DNA from: an uncultured Actinomycetes bacterium | GTDB taxonomy: Bacteria > Actinomycetota > Thermoleophilia > UBA2241 | NCBI GenBank assembly: GCA_963767005.1 | Contig: CAVYCN010000002.1 | Location: 64,001-128,000, forward strand | Reading direction: 5' to 3' | Length of the DNA: 64,000 nt | The notes under the pieces: model-generated | Seen by the model: the letters and a program-made list of their open reading frames with translations, nothing else | Database searches by the model: none | What the model was told of the DNA's origin: nothing | Translations under genes and position numbers: made by a program | Shown here: piece by piece, positions 1 through 8,192 of the stretch | Layout of the letters: each line of letters opens with the position of its first letter | How positions within the stretch are numbered: the stretch's first letter is position 1

Positions 1-1
1 G

Positions 2-541
2 GAGGGGGTGTTCCCGCACCAGCGTGCGCTCGACGAGCAGAACCTCGAGGAGGAGCGCCGCCTGGCGTACGTCGGCATCACCCGCGCCATGGACCGGCTC
101 TACCTGCTCCACGCGCGCGCCCGCACCCTGTGGGGCGGCAGCATGTACGGCCTGCCCTCGCGCTTTCTGACCGAGATCCCTGCCGACCTCGTCGAGGTCA
201 CTCGCGAGGCCGGGCCCGCCTACGGTGGCGGCTGGTCGGGCGGCGGCGCACGTCGCGGCCGGGAGCGGGGCGGCTGGAGCGACCGCGACGAGTGGCGTGA
301 GCGCGACGACGAGGGCATCGCCGGTTCGGGACGGCGCATCACGGGCCTGGAGGACAGGTCGGCGGGCGCCGTGGTCGAGCAGTTCTTCGCGCCCGGCGAC
401 CGGGTGCTGCACGCCACGCTCGGCGAGGGCACCGTGACGGCCGCCGAGGAGAGCGGCATCATCGTGGTGCGCTTCGAGAACGACGGCTCGGAGCGTCGGC
501 TGATGGCGACCATCGCGCCGCTGCGCAAGCTGCGCGCCTGA
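2..541 (+). CDS. pcrA: ATP-dependent DNA helicase PcrA/UvrD, C-terminal part (5' end outside window)
   Basis: Helicase motif VI EEERRLAYVGITRA, PSRFLxEIP, and a C-terminal Tudor-like GDRVLHATLGEGTV domain. Confidence 0.93.
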   Translation, partial: EGVFPHQRALDEQNLEEERRLAYVGITRAMDRLYLLHARARTLWGGSMYGLPSRFLTEIPADLVEVTREAGPAYGGGWSGGGARRGRERGGWSDRDEWRERDDEGIAGSGRRITGLEDRSAGAVVEQFFAPGDRVLHATLGEGTVTAAEESGIIVVRFENDGSERRLMATIAPLRKLRA

Positions 542-576
542 CCGAGAGCCGCAGCCGCGCGGCGTTTCGGCGCGCG

Positions 577-1203
577 TCAGGGGCCGCTGCCGGCGTCGTA
601 GACCAGCCAGCGTCCGCCGGCGTGCCGCAGGCACATGAAGACCAGGGTCTCGCCGTCGTTCCAAGCCGACACTGAGCTCGGCCGGATGTCGATCGTCATG
701 GTGAACTCGAGCGTGGTGAGCGCCGGCGGCGCGGGGTCGACCTGACGCACGTACGACACGACGCGCGCGCGCTCGATGCCGAAATAGGCGGCGGCGCGGC
801 CGCCGCGGACGGCGGCGGCGCAGGTGGAGTCGGACGTGACCACCGCGAGCAGCCCGGCGTAGCGGTGCTCGTCGATCAGCCGCCAGTAGCGCGTCGCCGC
901 GCGCAGCGCACCGGCGGGGACGGGGCCCGACGTGACGACGGCGCCGGGCGCGGGCGCGGTGGCGCCGGCGCCGGGCGCGCCGGGCGACGTGACGCCCGGC
1001 GTGGGGGAGGCGACCACGAGGTTCGCCGGCGAGCCGCAGGCGGCGAGCCACGTGGCGGGGGCGCAGGCTGCGAGGGCGGCCGCCGCAACGACGGCCGCCG
1101 CGAGCGCGACGCTGGCGACGCCGGCGCCGCGTGCGCGGCGCCGGCGCGTAAGCACGGCGCCGCGGCCGCGGTACGGCGCCGGTGCTGGAGATGCCTTGCT
1201 CAT
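577..1203 (-). CDS. hypothetical secreted protein/lipoprotein
   Basis: ATG at 1203 with GAGG upstream; Arg-rich N-terminus, hydrophobic stretch, LAAC lipobox-like motifs, Pro/Thr/Ala linker, small NTF2/DUF4829-like C-terminal domain. Confidence 0.6.
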   Translation of the reverse strand: MSKASPAPAPYRGRGAVLTRRRRARGAGVASVALAAAVVAAAALAACAPATWLAACGSPANLVVASPTPGVTSPGAPGAGATAPAPGAVVTSGPVPAGALRAATRYWRLIDEHRYAGLLAVVTSDSTCAAAVRGGRAAAYFGIERARVVSYVRQVDPAPPALTTLEFTMTIDIRPSSVSAWNDGETLVFMCLRHAGGRWLVYDAGSGP

Positions 1204-1380
1204 GCGGTCCTCCCGGGGACGGTCGGGCGATGCGCCAAACCCCACCACAGCGGCCCCGCGCTGTACAGGATGACAATGTCCGGCCCGCGCGCTTGCTGCG
1301 CGTCCTGCGCCGCAGAATGTTCGATTGTGTTGGCCGCTGTGAGCGGAAAGCGTGCGGCGCTCGTCGTCGAGCTGGGAGAC

Positions 1381-1429
1381 AAACGAAAATAAATGCACGA
1401 TTGACCACACATTCGCGCAGGGCTACAAT
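1381..1429 (+). promoter_or_regulatory. sigma70/SigA-type promoter with AT-rich upstream tract
   Basis: TTGACC (1401-1406), 17 nt spacer, TACAAT (1424-1429); aaacgaaaataaat upstream in a very GC-rich background. Confidence 0.8.
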
Positions 1430-1630
1430 GTGGGTCGTCGAGCACGCTTGGCTGTCGGCCCCGTCGCGGTGAGCGCGGGACGATCGAAGCGCGCGAGCGG
1501 CGGACGCGAGTGGGATGTACTCGTACGACGCGGTTGCTTGCAGGATCTGTGCGAGCAGGATGTTCACGCGTCCGCCGAGCGCGATCGTCGCCCGGGACCA
1601 CCCGGGACTGCGGCGCGCCGACGCGAAAGA

Positions 1631-1688
1631 GTCCGCGGCAAGACTCGTTCTCCCCCCGAACGAGCCGAGCCCCCCTCGGGCCGCGGAT
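1631..1688 (+). ncRNA. 6C RNA-like motif (two hairpins with C6 runs inside a closing stem)
   Basis: gtccgcggc/gccgcggat closing stem encloses ctcgttc-tCCCCCC-gaacgag and ccgag-CCCCC-ctcgg; this matches the architecture of actinobacterial 6C RNA. Confidence 0.6.
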
Positions 1689-1691
1689 GTC

Positions 1692-1748
1692 ACGAGGGCC
1701 GGGGCCGGAGGCGCACCAGCGCCGACCCCCCGGCCCTCGTCTTGTTCC
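1692..1748 (+). terminator. putative intrinsic terminator
   Basis: acgagggccgggg (1692-1704) pairs with ccccggccctcgt (1728-1740), followed by a weak U-rich tail cttgttcc. Confidence 0.55.
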
Positions 1749-1867
1749 ACGATCCCAGCGCCGGCGCCCGGCCCGCGGCGTAGTAGAGTTGCGCTGCGCC
1801 CACCCCGGGCCACGCGCGTGGGCCACTCCGTCGCCCGCACGCCGCAAACGACCAGGAGGGTCCGTTC

Positions 1868-2644
1868 ATGGCAGTCGAGGTCAGTCGCGACGGCGCCGTC
1901 GCCGTCGTCACGGTCGCTCGTCCCGAGGTGCTGAACGCGCTGAACTCGGCGACCAACGAGGAGCTGCTGCGCGTCGCCGGCGACCTCGGCCGCGACCACG
2001 AGGTCCGCGCCGTCGTTCTGACCGGCGCCGGCGACAAGGCCTTCGTGGCCGGCGCCGACATCAAGGAGTTCCGCGGCATGAGCCCCGAGGAGGCGCGCCA
2101 GTCGTCGTGGCTCGGGCGCCAGGCGATGGCCGCGATCGGGGCCGCCCCGCAGCCCTGGATCGCCGCCGTCAACGGCTTCGCCCTGGGCGGCGGCTGCGAG
2201 CTCGCCCTCGCCTGCGACATCCGCTTCGCCGCCGAGAACGCCCGCTTCGGGCAGCCCGAGGTCACCCTCGGCATCACGCCGGGCTGGGGCGGCACCCAGC
2301 GTCTGCCGCGCGAGGTCGGCAACGGCTGGGCCTCGTACCTGTGCCTGAGCGGCCGCCTGATCGACGCGGCTGAGGCGCTGCGCATCGGCCTCGTGCAGCG
2401 CGTGGTCGCGCGCGACGAGCTCATGCCGGCGGCGCTCGAGCTGGCCGCCGAGATCGCCGCGCGGCCGCCGCTCGCCGTGCGCTACATCAAGTCGCAGATC
2501 CACTACGCCCTGAGCGTCGACATCGAGGCCGGTCACGAGATCGAGCGCGACCTCTTCGCCCTGACGTTCGCCAGCGAGGATCGCGCCGAGGGCATGGACG
2601 CCTTCCTCGAGAAGCGCGCGCCGCGCGGGTTCGAAGGCCGTTAG
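1868..2644 (+). CDS. enoyl-CoA hydratase/crotonase
   Basis: RPEVLNALN, AFVAGADI, NGFALGGGCELALACD, FGQPEVTLG..GGTQRL; RBS aggagg. Confidence 0.93.
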   Translation: MAVEVSRDGAVAVVTVARPEVLNALNSATNEELLRVAGDLGRDHEVRAVVLTGAGDKAFVAGADIKEFRGMSPEEARQSSWLGRQAMAAIGAAPQPWIAAVNGFALGGGCELALACDIRFAAENARFGQPEVTLGITPGWGGTQRLPREVGNGWASYLCLSGRLIDAAEALRIGLVQRVVARDELMPAALELAAEIAARPPLAVRYIKSQIHYALSVDIEAGHEIERDLFALTFASEDRAEGMDAFLEKRAPRGFEGR

Positions 2645-2723
2645 GCCGTCGAGCGACTGCGTCGTCGCCGCTCGGTCAGGCGTCAGGTCGTCGTCGCTCA
2701 GTCAAACGTGACGGTGTCGCCGC

Positions 2724-3638
2724 TCAGGCGCCCGTCGCCCGCCGCAGGCGGCGCAGGACCTCGGCGATGCCGGGCGTCGCGGCGACCCAGACGTCGGCCT
2801 CGTCTCTCACCTGGGGCGGCGTCTCGTCGGTGAGGGCGGCGACGGCCAGGCCGCGGCGTCCCTCGCGCGCGCGCGCCCAGTCGTGCACGGCGCCGAAGCC
2901 GTGGCAGTCGGTCAGGTCGTCGCCGAGGAACAGCGCCACGCCGACCGGGCGGCCCGAGCTTTCGGTGCCCGCCAGGAGCGACAGCACGGCGGTGCCCTTG
3001 TCGACGGGCTCGGGCGGGCGCAGCTCCACGAGGCGGTGGCCGGTCGTTACCGCGAGACCGAGCTCGCGCGCCGGCGCGAGGATCCGCTCCTCGAGGACGG
3101 CGAGCGTGGCCGCGGGATCGGACGCGCGGCGATAGTGGAGGTCGAGCACCGGCCCCTTGTTCTCGACGACGAGGCCGAGGCGCGCGGCGTCGAGCTCGCC
3201 CAGGCGGCCGGCCATGAGCTGCACCGCGTCGACGTAGGGCTCGGCCGACGGGTCGCGCGCGATGGTGCCGTCGGCGGAGAGGACGTCGAAGCCGTGCAGG
3301 CCCACGTAGGCGGCCCCGTCGACGTCGACCATGGCGCGCGCCTGGCGTACGTCGCGCCCGGTGACGAAGGCGAGCAGCGCCAGTCGTGGCACGAGCGCGG
3401 CCAGCGTCGCGCGGAACGCCGCCGGCACCACGGCCGCGTAGGGATCGGCGACGATGGGGGAGACGGTGCCGTCGACGTCGCAGAAGAGGGCCGTCGCGCG
3501 TGGCGTGAGGGCGACGGCGTCGAGCGCGGCGGCGAGTGCCTCGCCGCCGCACAGGATCGCGCCGTCGCCCCCGCGCCGCGCGTCTCGGCCGCGGCGCGGG
3601 CCGTCGGCCTGCTGCGCGTCGCCGCCCCGCCCGTCCAT
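2724..3638 (-). CDS. otsB: trehalose-6-phosphate phosphatase (HAD IIB)
   Basis: DVDGTVSPI, TGR, ENKG..LHYR, VELRP, DKG and GDDLTD motifs; start codon uncertain. Confidence 0.85.
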   Translation of the reverse strand: MDGRGGDAQQADGPRRGRDARRGGDGAILCGGEALAAALDAVALTPRATALFCDVDGTVSPIVADPYAAVVPAAFRATLAALVPRLALLAFVTGRDVRQARAMVDVDGAAYVGLHGFDVLSADGTIARDPSAEPYVDAVQLMAGRLGELDAARLGLVVENKGPVLDLHYRRASDPAATLAVLEERILAPARELGLAVTTGHRLVELRPPEPVDKGTAVLSLLAGTESSGRPVGVALFLGDDLTDCHGFGAVHDWARAREGRRGLAVAALTDETPPQVRDEADVWVAATPGIAEVLRRLRRATGA

Positions 3639-3756
3639 GCATCCAGCCTACCCGAACCGGCGGCGCTCGTCGCGGGCGCCGCCCGTCACCGGGGTTTGTC
3701 TTGCCTTTCGGGCATGGAGTAAGGTTCTCGCGTTGGCGGCGATAGCCGGGGGAGGC

Positions 3757-4479
3757 ATGGCGGACACGACAGGTTCGGACGCAAGCGGGTCGACGGCGCC
3801 GCGTGGCGCCGGGTCGGCCGACAACCTGCGGCAGGGCCAGGGGGCCGACCCCTATCTCAAGTCCATGCTCCTCGGCCTGATCGAGGACAGCTACCTGCAC
3901 ACCGGCAGCTTCACGCAGTTCGCCGCCGAGATCCTCCAGGTGATCGCCTACGCGGCGACCGTGCCGGTGGCCTTCACCGAGGGCTTCCTGCGGGCCTACC
4001 TGTCGATCGACCGCATCGAGGAGACCTCCGAGGGCCGCATCAAGATCGTCCCCAAGGCGGGCGCGAGCGAAGAGGACTGGATCAGGGACGTCGACGAGAT
4101 CACCGCCCAGGTCGATCCGAGCGCCGTGTTCAACCCGGTCGTGCGGTCCAAGCTGACCGCGGTGCACGAGGCCTCGAGCAAGGTCATGAAGTACGACCTG
4201 AACACGCTGACGAGCATGGACGACGACCAGCTCATGGACGTGCTGCGCCAGATGCAGCACGAATCCGAGGAGCTCGAAAAGCAGGAGCCCGAGGCGGCCA
4301 CGACCGACTCGTCGCGCGACTACATCAGGGCGCGGCTCGACACCATCCGTAGGAACGTCCGCGCCTTCCAGGCGCAGCAGCGCGCCAAGTCGGGCGCGGG
4401 CGACGGGCCCGGCGAGCCCGGCCCGGCGGACGCAGGCAAGGTCGGCGACGGGCCGGGCGCCGACGGCACACCCTCGTAG
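3757..4479 (+). CDS. hypothetical acidic, largely helical protein
   Basis: ATG with strong RBS ggggaggc; clean GC3-biased coding; no recognisable domain. Confidence 0.75.
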   Translation: MADTTGSDASGSTAPRGAGSADNLRQGQGADPYLKSMLLGLIEDSYLHTGSFTQFAAEILQVIAYAATVPVAFTEGFLRAYLSIDRIEETSEGRIKIVPKAGASEEDWIRDVDEITAQVDPSAVFNPVVRSKLTAVHEASSKVMKYDLNTLTSMDDDQLMDVLRQMQHESEELEKQEPEAATTDSSRDYIRARLDTIRRNVRAFQAQQRAKSGAGDGPGEPGPADAGKVGDGPGADGTPS

Positions 4480-4538
4480 CGGTCGGGGCCGACGGGAGGG
4501 CACGCGCGCCCTCCGCCGCGGCCGACCGGGACAGGCGG

Positions 4539-5459
4539 GTGAGAGTGGAGAGGTTCTCCGACAGGCTGGCCGCGAGCATCCTGCGCCGGCGTAGCGTGGT
4601 CTGCGTCGGCATCGACCCCGACCTCGCGCGGCTGCCCGACGACCTGCGTGCCGCCTGGGCGGCCCGCGTCGGCGAGCTCGGCGAGGCGGGCGCGGCGGCG
4701 GCCTGCTGCGCCGACTTCGCGACCGGCCTGATCGACGCGGTCGCCGAGCTGGCCGCCTGCGTCAAGCCGCAGGCCGCTTTCTTCGAACAGTACGGGGCGC
4801 CCGGCTGGGAGGCCCTGCGCCGCGTCGTGGCCTGCGCCCACGAGCACGACCTGCCGGTCATCCTGGACGTGAAGCGCGCCGACATCGGCTCGACCTCGAC
4901 CGCCTACGCGGCCGCCTGCTTCGGCGGGGCGCCGTCGCTGGCCGGCGCGCCGCTGCCCGGCCTCGACGCCGACGCCGTAACCGTCAATCCGTACCTCGGG
5001 GCCGACGGCCTCACGCCGTTCGTCGAGCGCTGTGACGAGGGTCGCGGAGTGTTCGTGCTGACGCGCACGAGCAACCCCGGCGGCGTCGAGCTGCAGGAGC
5101 GCGACTGCGAGGGGCGGCCGCTCTACCTGCGGGTGGCCGACATGATCGCCCGTCTCGGCGCCGCGCGGCTCGGCGCGCACGGGTACAGCGACGTCGGCGC
5201 GGTGGCCGGCGCCACCGCGCCGGAGCCGCTTGCCGCCGTGCGCGCGGCTTTGCCGCACGCCTTTCTGCTCGTCCCCGGGTTCGGGGCACAGGGCGCCGGG
5301 CCCGAAGCGCTGGCCGGCCTCGCGTCGGGCGAGGCGGCCGGTTTCGTGGTGAATGCGTCACGGTCGATCATCTACGCGTGGCGGGAGCGCGGCGGCGACT
5401 ATCGCAGCGCCGCCGCCGCGGCGGCGGCCGAGATGCGTGACGCGATCGGGGGGCTCTGA
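4539..5459 (+). CDS. pyrF: orotidine-5'-phosphate decarboxylase
   Basis: CVGIDP, KPQAAFFE, DVKRADIGST, TVNPYLG, RTSNPG, LVPGFGAQG, VNASRSI. Confidence 0.95.
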   Translation: MRVERFSDRLAASILRRRSVVCVGIDPDLARLPDDLRAAWAARVGELGEAGAAAACCADFATGLIDAVAELAACVKPQAAFFEQYGAPGWEALRRVVACAHEHDLPVILDVKRADIGSTSTAYAAACFGGAPSLAGAPLPGLDADAVTVNPYLGADGLTPFVERCDEGRGVFVLTRTSNPGGVELQERDCEGRPLYLRVADMIARLGAARLGAHGYSDVGAVAGATAPEPLAAVRAALPHAFLLVPGFGAQGAGPEALAGLASGEAAGFVVNASRSIIYAWRERGGDYRSAAAAAAAEMRDAIGGL

Positions 5460-6100
5460 TGAACGACGAGACGAACGGACGGGACCGGCACGACCCCGAG
5501 GCGACGGGCCCGCTCTGGCCGCTGCCCGACGATCCCGCGGCCGACGACGACCGCACACGGCGGGCGCGCGGCGTTCCGTCCGCGGAGGAACTCACGGCGG
5601 TCGGCGCCGCTCGCGGTCGGGCGCCCGACGGCGCCGAGACGGTCGTGCTGTCGCAGCAATCGACTCGCCGCGCGACCGCCGAGCCCACGCGCGTGGCCGC
5701 CGACGGCGCTCGCGACTGGCTCGACGAGACTCGGATCGATGCGCCGCCGCCGGTGGCGCCCAGGCGGCGCGCCGGGCGCCCGCGGGCGCCGCGCCGCGGT
5801 CCGGCCTGGCCGCGCATCCTGGCGCCGGTCGTGCTCCTGGTCGCCGTGCTCGCCGTCGTCACGATCGGCGTGCACACCGGCATGCTCGGTCACAAGCCGG
5901 CGAGCAGCCCTTCGCCGACCACCGTCGCCACCCACAAGGCCGCGTCGAAGTACGTCTACTACCACGTGCGCAAGGGCGACACGGTCTCGACGATCGCCGC
6001 CAAGTACGGCATCTCCGTCGAGCGGCTCATGACCCTCAATCCCAAGGCCTCGACCACGATCGTCGTGGGCCAACGGCTGAAGGTGCCCAGGCTGCAGTGA
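5459..6100 (+). CDS. single-pass membrane protein with C-terminal LysM domain
   Basis: Disordered N-terminus, one TM helix, S/P/T linker, YHVRKGDTVSTIA..LNP..GQRLKVP. Confidence 0.85.
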   Translation: MNDETNGRDRHDPEATGPLWPLPDDPAADDDRTRRARGVPSAEELTAVGAARGRAPDGAETVVLSQQSTRRATAEPTRVAADGARDWLDETRIDAPPPVAPRRRAGRPRAPRRGPAWPRILAPVVLLVAVLAVVTIGVHTGMLGHKPASSPSPTTVATHKAASKYVYYHVRKGDTVSTIAAKYGISVERLMTLNPKASTTIVVGQRLKVPRLQ

Positions 6101-6354
6101 CCGGCTGACGGCGCGCCTCGCGCCGCGGTCTCACCCGTTTGAGCGGCCGCGCGCCCGCGGCCTTCACCCGCCCGAGCACGGCACGCACGGCCGGCACTGG
6201 CCGCGCGTCACGCCGTCACGCGACGCCTGCTCATCGGCGTCCCCGACGACCTCGTTTCCATCCGTTGCCGACCCGCCGCTGCGCGTGCATCGCGGCGGAT
6301 CGACGTCGCGGTGGGGCTGGGGGCTCAAGAGTGGGGAGTAATGGCCGATAAGTA

Positions 6355-6387
6355 TTGCAAAGTGGGGAATGGTGGGTTAGAGTGGCG
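6355..6387 (+). promoter_or_regulatory. dcw/mraZ promoter overlapped by MraZ-type GTGG boxes
   Basis: TTGCAA (6355-60)-17-TAGAGT (6378-83); GTGG at 6362, 6372 and 6382 (10-bp period), with further GTGGGG at 6311 and 6331. Confidence 0.8.
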
Positions 6388-6390
6388 GCC

Positions 6391-6831
6391 ATGCAGCGCT
6401 CGGTGCTTCTGGGGGAGTTCGATTTCACGCTCGACGCGAAGAACCGCGTCGCCATCCCCGCACGCCTGCGGCCCGTCTTTGCCGAGGGCGTCTTTCTCAC
6501 CCGTGGCTTCGATCGCTGTCTCGCCGCCTTTCCGCCCGAGGAGTGGGACCGTTTCGTCGCCGATCAGACAGGGGACCTGCCGGCGATGAGCGAGAAGGGC
6601 AGAGAGGTCCGGCGCTTCCTCTTCGCCGCCGCCACCTTCGACGAGCTCGACCGTCAGGGGCGCATCACCGTGCCGGGGAACCTGCTGGGGTTCGCCGGGA
6701 TCTCGAAGGACGTGACGATCATCGGCATGCACGACCACCTTGAGATCTGGGAGCGCGGGGCGTGGGCGAAGTACCGCAAGCAGATGGAGGAGGGGGCCGA
6801 TGCTGCCGCAGACCAACTTGCACGTCAGTGA
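6391..6831 (+). CDS. mraZ: division/cell wall cluster regulator MraZ
   Basis: LDAKNRVAIPA and LDRQGRITVP tandem AbrB-like motifs; HLEIW. Confidence 0.95.
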   Translation: MQRSVLLGEFDFTLDAKNRVAIPARLRPVFAEGVFLTRGFDRCLAAFPPEEWDRFVADQTGDLPAMSEKGREVRRFLFAAATFDELDRQGRITVPGNLLGFAGISKDVTIIGMHDHLEIWERGAWAKYRKQMEEGADAAADQLARQ

Positions 6832-6838
6832 GTATGAG

Positions 6839-7771
6839 ATGGCGCTGGCTCACATACCGGTCCTGCTCGATGAGCTCGTGGACCTGCTCGAGCCGGCGCC
6901 CGGCGAGACCGCGATCGACGCCACCTTCGGCGCCGGCGGCCACGCTGCCGCCGTGGCGGCTCGCCTTGGCGCGGACGGCCTGCTGATCGCCTGCGACCGC
7001 GACCCGTCGGTCGCCGACTACGTCCGCGACGTCGCCGCCGAGGCTCCTTGCCGCACCGAGTTCTACCACGGCGACTTCGCCGACGTGCTGGCCGCGCGGC
7101 CCGACGCCTCGGCCGACATCGTGTATCTCGACCTCGGCGTGTCGTCGATGCAGCTCGACCGCCGCGAGCGCGGCTTCTCGTACGCCTGGGACGCGCCGCT
7201 CGACATGCGCATGGACCCCTCGCAGGGCGTGACCGCGCGCGACCTCGTGAACGAGCTCACCGTCCAGGAGCTCACCGACGTCTTCCGCCGCTACGGCGAG
7301 GAGCGCTACGCGGTCGAGATCGCGCGCCGCATCGACCGGCAGCGGGCCCTGCAGCCGTTCGAGAGCACCGGCCAGCTCGTCGACGCGATCAAGTGCGCGA
7401 TCCCGACGCCGGCCCGCTTCGGCGCCGGCAACCCGGCGCGCCGCGTCTTCCAGGCGCTGCGCATCAAGGTCAACAACGAGCTCGAGTCGCTGGCGCGCGG
7501 CCTGGAAGAGGCCTATCGGGTGCTGCGCCCGGGCGGCCGCCTCGCCGCGATCTCGTTCCACTCGCTCGAGGACCGCACGGTCAAGGAGTTCTTCAAGGGA
7601 CACGCCGCCGGCTGCATCTGCCCGCCGGGCCTGCCGGTGTGCGTCTGCGGTCACGAGCCGACGATGCGCGTCCTCACGCGCCGGCCGGTCACGCCGCGCG
7701 CACGCGAGATCGACACCAACCCGCGCGCGAAGGCGGCCAAGCTGCGCGCGGCGGTCAAGCTAGGGGCCTGA
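6839..7771 (+). CDS. rsmH: 16S rRNA m4C1402 methyltransferase RsmH
   Basis: HIPVLLDE, DATFGAGGH, DLGVSSMQLD, PLDMRMD, SFHSLEDR; alternative ATG at 6800. Confidence 0.95.
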   Translation: MALAHIPVLLDELVDLLEPAPGETAIDATFGAGGHAAAVAARLGADGLLIACDRDPSVADYVRDVAAEAPCRTEFYHGDFADVLAARPDASADIVYLDLGVSSMQLDRRERGFSYAWDAPLDMRMDPSQGVTARDLVNELTVQELTDVFRRYGEERYAVEIARRIDRQRALQPFESTGQLVDAIKCAIPTPARFGAGNPARRVFQALRIKVNNELESLARGLEEAYRVLRPGGRLAAISFHSLEDRTVKEFFKGHAAGCICPPGLPVCVCGHEPTMRVLTRRPVTPRAREIDTNPRAKAAKLRAAVKLGA

Positions 7772-7772
7772 G

Positions 7773-8192
7773 ATGGCGCCCGCCGGTGCGTCGGCGCGCG
7801 CCCTGCCGGCGCCCGACAGGCGTGAGATCGAGCGCCCCCCGGCGCGCCCGCAGCGCCGCCCGGAGCGGGCGCCGTCGCGCGCCACCCGCCTCAGCCATCG
7901 CTCGCTCACCACGCGGCTCATCGTCTTCGGCGTGCTCGTCGCCGCACTCGGCGCCGGTCGCGTCGCGCTCAGCTTCGCGGTGGTGCAGAAGAACCTGGCG
8001 ACCGACACGGTCGCCGGTCAGGTGCGGGTGGTGCAGGCCCGCAACCAGCAGCTCTCCGAGGAAGCGGCCACCCTGTCGTCGGCCCTCACCGTGCGCAACC
8101 TGGCTCAGAAGAAGTACCACCTGATCGTCGCTCCCGACGTGCAGTTCATCATGCTGCACGCGCACCACCCGGCGACCCACACGAGGCCCTAG
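7773..8192 (+). CDS. ftsL: cell division protein FtsL-like
   Basis: TM helix plus coiled coil, in the canonical position between rsmH and ftsI. Confidence 0.7.
   Translation: MAPAGASARALPAPDRREIERPPARPQRRPERAPSRATRLSHRSLTTRLIVFGVLVAALGAGRVALSFAVVQKNLATDTVAGQVRVVQARNQQLSEEAATLSSALTVRNLAQKKYHLIVAPDVQFIMLHAHHPATHTRP

Larger units (their letters stand above)
1436..1748 (+). ncRNA. putative structured ncRNA of about 310 nt (long rod + 6C-like domain + terminal hairpin)
   Basis: Lies between a near-consensus promoter and a 13-bp hairpin; nested stems 1454-59/1617-22, 1463-70/1607-14, 1479-86/1582-89, 1498-1508/1567-77; no convincing ORF. Confidence 0.55.

Noticed and set aside
1311-1330. Possible LexA SOS box (TCGAAC half-site on the minus strand)
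   Set aside because: Only one half of GAAC-N4-GTTC is present.
1510-1934. Small ORFs over the candidate ncRNA (1352-1783, 1515-1934, 1510-2373)
   Set aside because: They have no RBS and no GC3 codon bias, and they run through the terminal hairpin or into the crotonase in another frame.
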